Of a DNA stretch of 64,000 nt, positions 25,716 through 45,239 are shown in pieces. The notes under the pieces are model-generated. The model was not told the DNA's origin. It made no database searches and worked only from the letters and a program-made list of their open reading frames with translations. The stretch spans positions 202,368,001-202,432,000 of the forward strand of contig NC_042998.1 in the NCBI RefSeq assembly GCF_006345805.1. The letters are read 5' to 3'. The position numbers and the translations under genes are program-made. How positions within the stretch are numbered: position 1 is the first letter of the stretch; every line of letters starts with the position of its first letter. This DNA comes from Octopus sinensis (taxonomy: Eukaryota).

Positions 25716-26490
25716 CATTTGTATATATGATGTTTAACTCTTCCAGTTGCAAGAACTTCGACTCTTGTTAACGAGCATGATACGACCGTTCTCAATAAAT
25801 TCAATGAAATAAGCCTAGCTACGTATAGCAATTAAGAAGGCTGACACTGAACCAAGAGACGGAACTCTAGAATTTCTGTAAACACATTTCTAGTTGTTGC
25901 CAAACGATTCCACATGGAGAGCCCATTTAAGCTTCGCCAAATATTATCGATTTTTTAAAATAGCACTGTTCCTTATATATATATAAACCGGTTTTGTGTT
26001 GATACCTTCTACACTGTGTTCCTTCGTCTCTTCTTACTTTTGATCTTCTTTATATAGTATTCCTTTTGTTCTTTTGAATGAACCTTTTGACCGTTTCATA
26101 CGCTACATTACATCTACTGTGGTCTTCCAAGCACTCATAATTTTAGACTTGTGTCTTGAAAAAATATTTTTGTCATATAGAATGTTTTCATATATTTTTT
26201 CTATGTTCCTTCAGGGTTTGCAAACTTTAATCTTAATTTTATTTTATGTCCCCTTATTTCATTTTATTGGCAGAATGCACATGTCATGTTTTTTTACCTT
26301 TTTAACCATCCTACAGCCAGGAATTTGGAGCATTTTATATAATATTTTATAAATGATATTTGAAGTTAGTATGTAATACATTTTAACTGTTGCGACCTTG
26401 TCGACTGATCACCAATTAGTCATCCCTTTTCTATCAAAGAAAAATTAATTTCTAATTTCAATTAAATTATATATATATATATATATATAC

Positions 26491-26632
26491 GCGAGAAAGA
26501 AGCAACAAGAATGGATAGGTTTTTAGTACAATCGTTTCATACAAGGACAGGCTTTATTAAAAGTTGCAAAGCCTGTCCTTGTATGAAACGATTGTACTAA
26601 AAACCTATCCATTCTTGTTGCTTCTTTCTCGC
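26491..26632. repeat. Perfect fold-back: 65 bp arms, 12 nt loop
   Basis: 26491-26555 is the exact reverse complement of 26568-26632. Confidence 0.95.
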
Positions 26633-26751
26633 TTATAATCACCCCACATTACTGTATTGTTAAAACAGTATGGTTTTTTTTTTTGGTGCATCTAAGTTAG
26701 GTACCATATTCAAGTAAATTCGTTTAAATTAACTTGAATCTTTATTGCTTT

Positions 26752-27423
<672 letters not shown>

Positions 27424-29995
27424 TTATTAGTAGTAGACTTATTACTATTAGCTATAGGGACTGGTAACCACTATAAGCTGTTGTAGGGAACAGTTCGAAC
27501 TTGTGCTGAGGCTGACAATTTTTTTTTCTATTCAACTATTGCTTATACTTATTTCTCTGTTGTTTATCAAAACAGTTAACCAATCAAATTTAAAAACTTA
27601 TATGTTGAACTGCTATCTACAAAATATTATACATACTCACAATTTATAAAATTTCATCATTCTCTGTCATCACAACTATCTGACGAACGGCCACATGAAA
27701 TTCCCAGTGAGAGTTTGTGAAATTGTTTTGACTTTAATAATAGTGTGTGTGTGTGTGTGTGTGCATGTGTGTGTGCGTGTGTGTAGTGTGTGTGTGCGTG
27801 TGTGTGTGTTTGTGTGAGTGTGCGTTTGTGTGCGCGTGTGTATGTGTTCAGAACTGCGAACACAGACAGATAATATACGCACACTCGTATATACTCGTGT
27901 ACACACTAACATGCAAATTCTTATGTGTATATATGTATGCATGTAAAGTTGTACGTGTGTATGTGAGAGAGAGAGTGCTTGTGTGTGCGTATGTGTGTGT
28001 CTGTGCGTGTGTGTGTACTTGTGTGTGCGTACTTAACATCGGCAAATGTTGACTGGGAAATTTCTACTGTCTCCAAACTCGATTTCGTCGTTAGAGCAAA
28101 TTCTGAAGCGAAATAATAATGCTTGATTAAATAAAGGCTGATTTCTAGATTTCTAGCCTGAAATATAACGAAATATTGCTTATGAAATTAGACAGTAAAC
28201 AGCGGAAACGACGATATTATTAGATCCTTTTGATCTACAAAGAACGTCGAAAGAGATTTAGAAAATTCACTTGAAAAAACGTTTAGTTTATTCATACATT
28301 TTAGATTTAGTTTTATAGTTATCGCACTTCGATTTCTCCGGCTTGAAATCAAGTCGAAATTAGGCGAGAGTCAAGACAAGATTAGATGCAAGACAAAACT
28401 AGAGAAAATTACGAAAGTGAAAGTGAAAATGAAAACAAACAATGGGTATAACTAGGAAGCAGAAGAATTATTTTGATTATAGTAACCAGAATTGAATTAT
28501 TTTGGATTTGGTTCGAGTACAGTGGCGCAGACGAATCTGAGCGATTTCAAGTGAGCGTTTGTTTAATGATATCACTGAACTTCTTAACAAAGAGTTGTGT
28601 TATTCGATGTCTATCAATACTAATGAATGTATTCGCCGAAGTGTGTTTCTTTGTTGATGGCAAATTTCTTTTCTACTGTTACTTTTGGAAATGTAGCATG
28701 GACATGTGAGAGAATTGTTGAAAAATCTGCCAGAGTGTAACGAATCGTAAAAGTCAGTTAATGATCCTGTTAAGACACTTTTCTGCGGCAACACTACGTA
28801 TCTTCTTCTGCACTCTAATCATCTTTGTCATTAAACAAGTAGCGAATTTTAGTGAGAACTGTATATTCAATGTCCATTGTTACACAGCCCGTACAAATTA
28901 GTTCAAAACGAAAAACCACTTTAGAATCCATTCAAGTAGAAACCACAAATTCACAAATGCTGCAATAACAAGCAAGGACTTCACTATTTTTATTTAAGAA
29001 TAGAAGGTTCATGTCCTGTTTCTGTCACTGAGCGCTGGTTTATCATTTCCTCTGCCATTATAAGTAGGTTCGATACGGATATTCATGCTTCTTTGAAAGC
29101 AAAAAATGGCACGTGCCAAGATAACGTCTCAGTTGAATCAATAATCGCCATTAATCACTAAATAAATTATAGTCAGGTATTTTGGCTACTGATTTTAGGT
29201 ATCCAGCTGTTTTGAGTTCCAATTTGTTTCATAGCGTAACGTTAAGACCCATATGCATCAGACGCAGATATGCCATCTTCTTAAGTCAGTAAGACCCTAA
29301 ATCAATGAGGAAGCTTCAACATGGTTTCTTAAACATCAGAAAACAGTTATACAATTCTAATTCATATCATAGACTCTGGGATCGTCAATGTGGAAAGGAG
29401 TTTAGGACAAAATAGTACTGAATACACCATAGCCGAAAGCAAAACGTGATATTCAAAACTGGAATGTTTGCGATCGATAGTCTGTTCGGTTAGGGTTAAC
29501 TTGAAGTTATACAATGTAAACATCAAACATGGTGGTAAAGCATATAAATAGCATTCTTGCGTATATTACAGCAAGCTTCAACTCATATTTCCCTTATCAT
29601 TGTATCGGCAATAATATGTGAAACATTACTACGCCCGCTTACATTATGTGTGTGTTATGTGTTGGCCAGCGTTGAATTCATATGTTCTGTAGCCAAATAA
29701 TAAATTTGCCGACTTCGATGCTTCGATCTTTGCCCGTTTAAGTATCCATAAGGGAATATATATCCCTATCACAAAGAACTCCGTAGAAATGACATTTAAA
29801 ATCTCGGTTATTCAGTAATTGTTTGGCATCACTGAGTTGATAAAATTGCTTCGTATAAATCCGTTATGTAATAGTGAAAAATACTTACATTTATCATTTT
29901 GTTTGATTCTTTTTGATAGAGAATAATGCCCAAGGTACAAAATCATATTAACCTTCATAGGATGCAAAAATTATATTTACATACACTCAGACACT

Positions 29996-30071
<76 letters not shown>

Positions 30072-31247
30072 CATACATATATAGAAAGATAAATAGATCG
30101 ATACATACATCCATACATCCATACATACATGCATACATACATACATACATACATACATGCATACATACATACATACATACATACATACATACATACATAC
30201 ATACATACATACATACATACATACGTACATACACACATTGAATTTAAATGAAAGACATACAAAGAAACCAGCCCGGTTTGGGAACTAAAAGTTAAAAATA
30301 TATCAGAATATTACAACTGAACTAAAATTTATCGGAAAAATATATTTGAAATAAGTACAAAGTTTGTTGGTATGGATACGTTGGGCGTTTTATCGTGAAT
30401 AACATGTCTGGGTTGAGAAAACAAATTAGGTTTTTGATAATGTGTTTAGAAAACTATTTAAATGATATGAGTTGTTGGTGAATTAGTGATATTCATATTG
30501 GTGATTAGAGATATTCATAGAAAAACTTACAGGACGTAAGCTAAGCGCAAGCAATTGCAGAGGTCATATATATCTAACAATATTTCTATCACATGGCCAC
30601 AAATAGGTTTGGAATAAAGTACTACTGGAAGATCAATAACCTCAATTCATACTTTAGACAGTTCAACATATTAATATATTTGATTCAACATTAATTCTTT
30701 AATGAAACACCACTCCAAGCTATAAGCAAAGTGGAATAAGCGTCATTCTAGTACAGTCGAATGTGAAGATGAGATGGACGTCAGGAAAGAAATTATATTT
30801 GCTATCTGAGGAAATAGCATCGAAAAATGAGGAATAAATGGGCAAGATATTATATTCAGCATCTTTTGATAACATTCCTTGCGAATTATATCTGAAAAAA
30901 AGATTATGAGTACCATTAAGCTAAGAAACTATAACTTATAAATGGCGTATGACTTGTAGCATCGAGAGGAAGGATATTTTTAGAACGTTTTACATATAGC
31001 CAAGTAAAAGAGCTAGAGAATTTCATAGCCCACTGAGGTATGAATACAAGAAGTGGATTGCGAATGACTATGCAAATTATTACCATTAGGAAAGTATAAA
31101 AGCCATTTCTTCATGAATTTTCCAGTTAATAGAAAATACGAACTGAAGTAAAATAAGAAGAGGGGTTAGTGTATCTCTGGTAATTTCACAGACAAACATT
31201 AGACTGCTGTATATACATATGTGTATACATATCTATCTATCTGTCTG

Positions 31248-31354
<107 letters not shown>

Positions 31355-31944
31355 ACGTGTGTGTGTGTGTGTGTGTGTGTTTGTGTATCTGCGTGTGTTG
31401 AACTTAGCACATTTTTTTTCATTCTCTCTCTGTTCATTTCCTCTTATTCCTTTCAGTCGAAGGGCGTAGGGTTGAAACGTAAAAGACATCAATTTTCCCA
31501 AGTACCAAACTAAAACACTTGCTTGTTGTACCTACACCTGTCTTTGTCATTATTTTTCTATAAATTCGAATTATACAAATATATATATCTTCATAATACT
31601 AAAACTCTATAGATGTTTGTGTGTACCCGAAGAATCTCAGAAATAGTATATTTTATCTCAATGTTTTGTTTTTTTTTTGCAGTGCAGTGATGTACAGATT
31701 TTTGTGATATTCGGACCTCTGTCTATTAATGAAAACGAACAAACACCATGGGTTCCGTGACGTTAACACACATACACACATACTGAATACACACACATAT
31801 AATGAATGTCATGGCGTGTCAATCAACACAAGCACACGTCCGCGATCTGTGACATATACACAAACACAGTCTTCGCGCTGTCTAAGAAACAAATATCGAC
31901 TTTTTGACGTACACAGTGAATTGTGAGAATATTTGGGCCTCAGC

Positions 31945-32265
31945 GCAGCCACGAACAGCTTCGCATATTTGGGGCCCATTCTCATTCTCATATCCATTCC
32001 CGATACCTGTTGATAAAACTCTCGCACGAACGAGAAGCAGTTGAGGGAGAGGACAACTTCGGCTGAACGAAGAAATATGGAGTTGTCAGGTTGACGGTCA
32101 AGCCGAAATTATAGAAAGTGTTGAAGTGCAAGAAGTCCTTCGTTGAGTGGGACCACTGTATATAAACTTTTGATATCAAGTGTGAAGAAAATTTGAGAAC
32201 GGGCAGGAGGGAGAAGAAAGAGTGAAACAGGAGGAAAATATGGTTGTGTCGTAGATGTGGGCGGG
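31945..32265 (-). mobile_element. Penelope-like RT fragment
   Basis: FFTLDIKSLYTVVPLNEGLLALQHFL and FYQQVSGMxMxMRMGPKYAKLFV (cf. YxQxxGxAMGxxxxPxYANLF). Confidence 0.8.
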
Positions 32266-32272
32266 ATATATG

Positions 32273-32304
<32 letters not shown>

Positions 32305-32314
32305 CGCACACACA

Positions 32315-32368
<54 letters not shown>

Positions 32369-32539
32369 GTCATTTTAACTGCGGCTATGCTAGAGCAAAG
32401 CCGCAAATGGTTTTTAGACGAAGCGATCGACATGAGGAATTATTGTATATAAACCTCACATTGGTGGTCAAGCGATGGTTGAGATGACAAACACAGAGCC
32501 AAAGACAGTCATAAATATATACTTATATACATACGACGG

Positions 32540-32695
32540 GTTTCTTTTAGTTTCATTCTATCAATTCAACCCATAAGACTGGTCGGCCCCAGACTATTGA
32601 AGAATACGCTTGCCCAAGTTGTCACGCAGTGAGACTGAACCCAGTACCATGTGGTTGGGAAGCAAACTCGTTACCACACGCCGGTGCCTGCACCT
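32540..32695 (-). mobile_element. tRNA-type SINE family B
   Basis: Minus-strand GTGTGGTAACGAGTTTGCTTCCCAACCACATGGTACTGGGTTCAGTCTCACTGCG. Confidence 0.7.
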
Positions 32696-32824
32696 ATATA
32701 TACATACGTACATAAAAAATTCCAGTTCACAGACACATCCATCCATCCATCCATCCATACATACGTACCTACGTACATACATACATACATACATACATAA
32801 ATATATACATACATATAGATAGAT

Positions 32825-34759
32825 ATGTTTCTTTATTAGCCACACAGGGCTGCACACAGATAGAACAAATTACAAGGTAGAGCTTTTCTTTTGAAGGTTT
32901 AAAAAAAAAAAAAAAAAAAGGAAGGGGGAGTTTCGATCAAAAGGGATCGTAAAGGAGAGAAAGAGGACAAAAAAAGGGGGGTTAAAAAAAAAAAAAAAGG
33001 GGGAGAGGAAAAAAAAATTGATCAATAGGGATCGTTATCACACAGAATGTCAATATGAAGTGTAAAGGGGAGACAGGTGAGGTTTACCCGTGGAAAGAAA
33101 AGCCTACGGAAAAGACCACGGTAACCTCAGTCAATGAAGTCACATTTTATATTTCTTTTTTTTTTTTTTTTTTTTTGCAAATAAGCAACTCTCTGTTTTC
33201 GATTTCTGGGTTCATAGGACTATGCTCAAGGTGGCTTCGTCATTCATACGTGCCATTCTTGCTACATTCACCCATCTTTTTTTAAAACATTCGCTAGACA
33301 AAACTTGCCTCTCTACTCTCACTTTCCTTTTCAAGTGGTACTTGAAGAAGTTGATGAGAGATTGACCAGAGAGGAAAGTGTTTGTCTCCAATCCTTTCAG
33401 ACGCGTCCACCAGATACATTCTTTCGCCATAGCCACAAGGATGATGAAAATAGCTCTTCCTTCCCGTTTGAAGGAAGGAGGCGTGACAATATTGACGATA
33501 GACTCAGCTGATAAACCGACTCGTCCCACACGTGACAGCAGTTGTTCGACATAAGTCCACAGGTCGGAAATTGTTGGACACTGAACGAGTGCGTGCAGAA
33601 CGGTTTCGTCGCTCTGCCCGCATCTCGGGCAGGTCGGCCCCGTGTTTCTCGAGCCGTGTCTGTAGAGCTTATCCCGAACGGGTAGCGCTTCTCTCTCGTA
33701 GCACTGCCAGGCCAGGGATCTCTGGAAGTTGTCCATGGGCCCTGGCCCGAAAGTCGTTCCAAACAGGCGGGTCAGGTACTCCTCGTCGACGTCCAGGTTC
33801 GCCCCGAGCTCGTCGTCGTACCTCCCCTCCACTAAACCCCTATAGAATGCTTTGGTTGTGTTGAAGTCACTTAAGTTCGACCCAGGACGGCAGAGTGCTT
33901 GAGAGCAACGCGACACTCGCGGTGCCATTCGCCCTTCCTCGGCCTCTTTTTGATCCACGACTGCAGTTCGGTCATGGAGACGAGCTGCGGGAAAGCGTGC
34001 CTCACAAACGGCGACCACACCTGTTCACCGTCGTCTACATAGAGCCAGAGATGTCGCAGTCTCAGCGCGTGTCTGCGCATCATCAACCACGGCATGCCCA
34101 GCCCTCCTTTTAACGGGTGTTGACAGCAAATGGATCGCCTGACCATCGGGACGCATCCTTTCCACAAGAAGCGAAAGAGGATGCGTTGTAGTTTGGTGAT
34201 GGTAGGGTCGGGACAAGGTACGACGGTCAGCGGTAGTAGATGACGGACGCGATGTACGTGTTCGCCACCTCCGCTCGACCTTTTAGGGACAGTTTCCTCT
34301 CGGCCCATTGCCGGGCGAGAGTGACCACCCTACTCGTTATCTCGTTCCAGTTCTTCTCCACTTGGAGGTCCGGACCAAACCAGACCCCGAGCAACTCAAC
34401 CGGGCCGTCGGTCCAGCGTCCCACGACGGAGGCGCTGGTGGACGGCATGGGCTTGCTTCTCCAGGTGCCAAGTCGCAAGCCCACTGACTTTTCCCGGTTG
34501 ATTTTCGCTCCTGTCACTGCTTCGTAGTTTTTCAATGTCTCGCCGACCAGCTCGATGTGCTCGTGGCTAGACACTATGACGGTGACGTCGTCCGCGTATG
34601 CAGACACGCTCGTCCCGCATCCCAATTCTCGCGGGATGCCCCTTAGAGTCGCCAGCTTCCGCAGTAGTGGCTCAAGAGTCAATACGTATAGAAGCGCCGA
34701 GAGGGGGCATCCCTGACGGACCGAACGTGCAATGTCGAAAGGTCTCGATAGATGCCCAT
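32825..34759 (-). mobile_element. Tx1/L1-clade LINE copy A (5'-truncated within RT)
   Basis: [46 protein letters not shown]; 3' end GGCTAATAAAGAAACAT followed by ATCTATCT. Confidence 0.92.
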
Positions 34760-34804
<45 letters not shown>

Positions 34805-34813
34805 CAGACAAAC

Positions 34814-34872
<59 letters not shown>

Positions 34873-34885
34873 TAGATAGATAGAT
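34760..34885. repeat. (GATA/GACA)n array between copies A and B
   Basis: Direct reading. Confidence 0.97.
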
Positions 34886-34958
34886 ATGTTTCTTTATTAG
34901 CCACACAGGGCTGCACACAGATAGAACAAATTACAAGGTAGAGCTTTTCTTTTGAAGG

Positions 34959-34994
<36 letters not shown>

Positions 34995-35054
34995 AAGAGG
35001 GAGGTTCGATCAAAAGGGATCGTAAAAGGAGAGAAAGAGGACAAAAATAAGGGG

Positions 35055-35087
<33 letters not shown>

Positions 35088-36473
35088 GGGAGAGGAAAAA
35101 AATGATCAATAGGGATCGTTATCACAGAAATGTCAATATGAAGTGTAAAGGGGAGGACAGGTGAGGTTTACCCGTGGAAAGAAAAGCCTGCGGAAAAGAC
35201 CACGGTAACCTCGGTCAATGAAGTCACATTTTATATTTCTTTTTTTTTTTTTTTTTTTTTTTTTTGCAAATAAGCAACTCTCTGTTTTCGATTTCTGGGT
35301 TCATAGGACTATGCTCAAGGTGGCTTCGTCATTCATACGTGCCATTCTTGCTACATTCACCCATCTTTTTTTAAAACATTCGCTAGACAAAACTTGCCTC
35401 TCTACTCTCACTTTCCTTTTCAAGTGGTACTTGAAGAAGTTGATGAGAGATTGACCAGAGAGGAAAGTGTTTGTCTCCAATCCTTTCAGACGCGTCCACC
35501 AGATACATTCTTTCGCCATAGCCACAAGGATGATGAAAATAGCTCTTCCTTCCCGTTTGAAGGAAGGAGGCGTGACAATATTGACGATAGACTCAGCTGA
35601 TAAACCGACTCGTCCACACGTGACAGCAGTTGTTCGCACAAGCCCACAGGTCGGAAATTGTTGGACACTGAACGAGTGCGTGCAGAACGGTTTCGTCGTT
35701 CTGACCGCATCTCGGGCAGGTCGGCCCCGTGTTTCTCGAGCCGTGTCTGTAGAGCTTATCCCGAACGGTAGCGCTTCTCTGGTAGCACTGCCAGGCCAGG
35801 GATCTCTGGAAGTTGTCCATGGGCCCTGGCCCGAAAGTCGTCCTGAACAGGCGGGTCAGGTACTCCTCGTCGACGTCCAGGTTCGCCCCGAGCTCGTCGT
35901 CGTACCTCCCCTCCACTAAACCCCTATAGAATGCTTTGGTTGTGTTGAAGTCACTTAAGTTCGACCCAGGACGGCAGAGTTGCTTGAGAGCAACGCGACA
36001 CTCGCGGTGCCATTCGCCCTTCCTCGGCCTCTTTTTGATCCACGACTGCAGTTCGGTCATGGAGACGAGCTGCGGGAAAGCGTGCCTCACAAACGGCGAC
36101 CACACCTTTCACCGTCGTCTACATAGAGCCAGAGATGTCGCAGTCTCAGCGCGTGTCTGCGCATCATCAACCACGGCATGCCCAGCCCTCCTTTTAACGG
36201 GTGTTGACAGCAAATGGATCGCCTGACCATCGGGACGCATCCTTTCCACAAGAAGCGAAAGAGGATGCGTTGTAGTTTGGTGATGGTAGGGTCGGGACAA
36301 GGTACGACGGTCAGGCGGTAGTAGATGACGGACGCGATGTACGTGTTCGCCACCTCCGCTCGACCTTTTAGGGACAGTTTCCTCTCGGCCCATTGCCGGG
36401 CGAGAGTGACCACCCTACTCGTTATCTCGTTCCAGTTCTTCTCCACTTGGAGGTCCGGACCAAACCAGACCCC
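34886..36473 (-). mobile_element. Tx1/L1-clade LINE copy B (5'-truncated)
   Basis: Near-identical to copy A over ~1.6 kb; different 5' break point. Confidence 0.92.
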
Positions 36474-40990
<4,517 letters not shown>

Positions 40991-41020
40991 GATAGATAGA
41001 TAGATAGATAGACAGACAGA

Positions 41021-41052
<32 letters not shown>

Positions 41053-41056
41053 TAGA

Positions 41057-41151
<95 letters not shown>

Positions 41152-41163
41152 GTAGATAGATAG
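40991..41163. repeat. (GATA/GACA)n array at the 5' end of copy C
   Basis: Direct reading. Confidence 0.97.
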
Positions 41164-42633
41164 AAGAATATGTCCATATATATGAATCTGTGTACAAGTA
41201 AGCGTATACACATTGAAATTTGTGCAGAGCGCAATATATATGAAGCTTCTCTCTGATGTTATAGACTATAATGGAAACCACAATTCTGATAATTATATTA
41301 ATGAATTTAATTCATCTTTAATTCTGACCAAAATATAGATCCCCGTAAAAAGAGAGAATTGCCAGAGATAAAATCTTCCCTTTACTTTGTGGTTATTACT
41401 TCTTTTTCAAAGGCACCTTCATACCATCATCAATTATTTTTGTGGTGGCGATGTTTATTGTATTGCCATTGTTCTTTTTGTTGTTACCTACGTCTATTTT
41501 CTTGATTATGCCGACAACGGTGGTTGGGTAATTTTCGTTATTGGCTTTGTTGCAACTAACCACAAGAGTGTTCTTTTATAATGGTGACGGTTTTTTTCCA
41601 CAGTTGTTATTGGAAACTCATGTCATCAGAGATGATGAAGATGATGTTAGTGGCGTATTTGCTGATTTTTTTTTATATCTACGAAATGAGGATGCTATCT
41701 ATGGTGAGGCAGAGCTCATTTTCCTTTCCTTTCCACAAATATATTTCATTCCATCTCATTATATTCTCTTCTTGTCATATGACGTCATTTGGCATTTATT
41801 TAAAGATTCCAAAACCAAAACTGCAAAGAATCGCTAGAAATTTATACCCTTGATGACACATATCAGAGTAAAACATATTTTAACATAAAAAACAACAAAA
41901 CTAGTAGAATCAGCATTGTGGAAAATCTTGCAAAATGATCATCACAAAATCAATCAACCTGGAACAATGGAGAAATCTCTTTAAGATACAAGTAAAGAAA
42001 TAAAAACGAAAAATAATTGCCGAATTTAACACGGTCTCCAATGAAATTATTTTCGCAGCTGCACACCAGAATATCAATATTGTAAACAGGCTAATTTACT
42101 GAATATATATAAGGGACCTGGGTTTGATGTTATTAGATTAAGTCGCTCTTCGCTGAAGGCTTCTAATAAAGGATAGAAGGAGAATTGACACAATATAAAA
42201 TCCAATAAAAACGGAGATACTTCATTAGCTGGTCAGAAGCAAGGATGAATCATTCAAGAAACAACTATATTATATCAATCAAGGCAATGCAATATTTAGA
42301 TAAGGGGAAAAGGTTCTTGGAAGATGCAGAAAAGGTGAAATACCTTATACCAGTAAAGACAGGTACATATATCGCATCAAAATCTTACGAGCGTTTATCT
42401 ATATGAGTATCACGTATTTCGTGGTGAAAATTAGAAAGGAGATTATACATTGAAATATACAAGCCATCTTAGTCACAGACTACATCCTCAGTATAATTTG
42501 GAAGTGAACTGAATAGCAAACCATTAAGATACTACATTGTGAATACACCATCGTAAACATGGATAGGATATAGCAACCAAGTAAACACGGAATTTATGGC
42601 CTGATATAAGTAAGGAACTCTTTCTCTCTCTCT

Positions 42634-42671
<38 letters not shown>

Positions 42672-42816
42672 GCTCTCTCTCTCCCTCTCTCTGTCTCTCT
42701 TTATATATATATACAGCAAAAATTTAGATTCAGATGAATATGGTACTTAAGTTAAAGTTAAAGGCACCATAATTTGGTATGGTTTTATCCATATAAATCA
42801 AATAGGCTAATTATAA

Positions 42817-43103
42817 TCAAAATAAGCAACAAGGATATCCAAAGGTAGTGTAGTACAATCGTTCCACGCTACTTCATTTCATTAAACAACGTAAGTATTA
42901 CATCAGTTTTAAAATGTAGAGCAATCTTCATCCACATATGGAATGTTTTGAACATTGTCATATTTAATTTTTCAAAATTCCATATGTGGCTGAAGATTGC
43001 CCTACATTTTAAAACTAATGTAATACTTACATTGTTTAATGAAATGAAGTAGCGTGGAACGATTGTACTACATTACCTTTGGATATCCTTGTTGCTTATT
43101 TTG

Positions 43104-43104
<1 letters not shown>
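42817..43104. repeat. Imperfect fold-back with ~135 bp arms
   Basis: 42817-42952 is inverted at 42971-43104 with a few mismatches. Confidence 0.9.
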
Positions 43105-43140
<36 letters not shown>

Positions 43141-43281
43141 GAGAGGAAAAATTATGATAAGGCAGAATTGTAAATTGAAAGTAAATTTTAATGATTTAAT
43201 AAATTAAAAAATATTATTATAATTTTTCCTCTCCTATCATTTCCCCACGTGCGGTCAACACAACCCCAGCATTTACTGATT

Positions 43282-43313
<32 letters not shown>

Positions 43314-43849
43314 TAATTTACAAAGGAGAGAACGAGAGAGAGAGAGACAGAGAGGAAATACGGTCGTCTTGCGTTAAAATGACAATCACACGACAGTGCA
43401 CTTCACGTCTGTACTCTCAGCATAGCATCCAGGAACTAAAGCTACCTATCACATGCTCAAGTGTGCTGTTACTTCACACTCAAAGCGATTATTCGCATAC
43501 GGCATTGGTTTTGGTGGGAAAAAATGAAGTTAGATACTTTTAGAACGCACATCGTATGTACATATATGTATGTATGTATGTGTGTATGTATGTATGTATG
43601 TATGTATGTATGTATGTATGTATGTATGTATGTATGTATGTATGTCTTCTATTTTTTAATTATCATAAATCTTCCACTGAGGAGAGAGTCGGTTTCCATC
43701 AAAGAAACAAGATTCCGTTTTTCGGATGTAGTTAACACAGACAAATTCACATTTGGAAATTGAGAAAAGTCTTGCATATTTTTACTGTTCCACTCACAGA
43801 TTGCACTTGTACAATTCTCTTTCTGAAAATCTAAGTTAATCCAGATTCT

Positions 43850-44755
43850 CCTTTAAGCATTTATTACTAACAAAACCTAGTGCTCTAATCATTATTGGGA
43901 TGAATATGAATTCATAGTCTGGATAGAGTAGCTGGATGTTTCGAAGCAGTTGTCCACAGACATCCTCATTTTCTTTGATTTTTCAAGGAGATTTTTATAT
44001 CTGCAAGGCAGCTGACCTCTATGATGATACATCTCCCAAAAAACAATATCCGACCTGTTATGATTACCTTGAGATTACAAGAGAGTCACTGTCTCTTTTG
44101 TTCACCGTGTACTTTATAGCAATCTCCTGTTCCTGGATTGCAAACGCATAGCTCTTAAATTGTGATGGGATGTAGTGATCTTGTGTTCAAGTGAGACCGT
44201 TCTTTGTGTCAATTCTATTGTTTTCTTCAAGCTTCCTGGCAACATACCCATGCATAGTTTTTTTTGTATGCTGAGTACTTTCCATCCACGTCTTCTCTGA
44301 GGTAAGAGAGCCCAGCTGTTTTAGGGCTGTATAGATCATCAGGAAGAGAGTGCTTCTTGAAGAGCTCACTGCCAACCCGTACAATGTTGTTCAATTAACT
44401 TTTCAGCACTGTATTTATATATTTATTTTTGCTGCTGTAGTTAAGCAGGTTTTGGGTGATACCATACGGCATTCGAAGGCCCTTTGTACTACCTTCATTT
44501 CTTCTTAGGTAGAGACTGTAAACATCATTGTTTCTGTGGAAGTTCTCATTTCTTGTCAGGATTTTGCGGGTTTAGTATCCATGGAGTGGATTTCCTCTGC
44601 AGAAAATCAAGTATCCCAATTGTTGGGATTTGGACCGGTACTGCAAATGCATTGTGGGATATTATTTTATTGTAAGAGGAGAGTACCGACTGCCATGTTT
44701 TCCTAAGTCTGACGTAATATTCTCGGGTCACTGTATCTTTATTCATTTTGCCTTC
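43850..44755 (-). mobile_element. Degraded R4/Dong-like fragment with internal deletions
   Basis: EYYVRLRKTWQSVLSSYNKIISHNAFAVPVQIPTIGILD, FAIQEQEI, LLRNIQLLYPDYEFIFIPIMIRALG. Confidence 0.75.
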
Positions 44756-45239
44756 ATATATATATCTGTGTGTGCGTGTCTGTGTGTGTGTAAGTATGAG
44801 TGTGTGTATGTATATATATATAAATATATATATATATATACATATATATGTATGTGTGTGTGTCTATATATATAATGCAACGCTGAAGTACCAACTAATA
44901 GCTTGTTTAGCCTGAGGAAAATTGTTTAATTGTTTAAATAAAATCCCAAAGAAAGTGGTGAAGTTTTAAAAGGTGAAAGCAAAGCAAAGGGAATATCATT
45001 AGTGGACAGAAATGTGGTATCCAAATGACATCCAACGAAAACCCTACTTCTTTTCAGCTGTATCGAAAGCTGTCACACTCTACTGATAAAAGAAGAGTCT
45101 AGATTAAGATGTTGGTTTCTTTTTTTTTTTTCATTTAAAATAAGGTAGTGAAGAGTGCACTTCCGGCCCGTTAAAATATTTATAAATATGCTGGATAGAT
45201 ACTTATATCCATAGATCAATATGCACCCTCCCCACCTCT

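Noticed and set aside
28260-28900. Possible piggyBac-like remnant (acidic stretch, FLTK..INTNECIRR)
   Set aside because: Similarity is too weak; no TTAA, TIR or catalytic motifs were found
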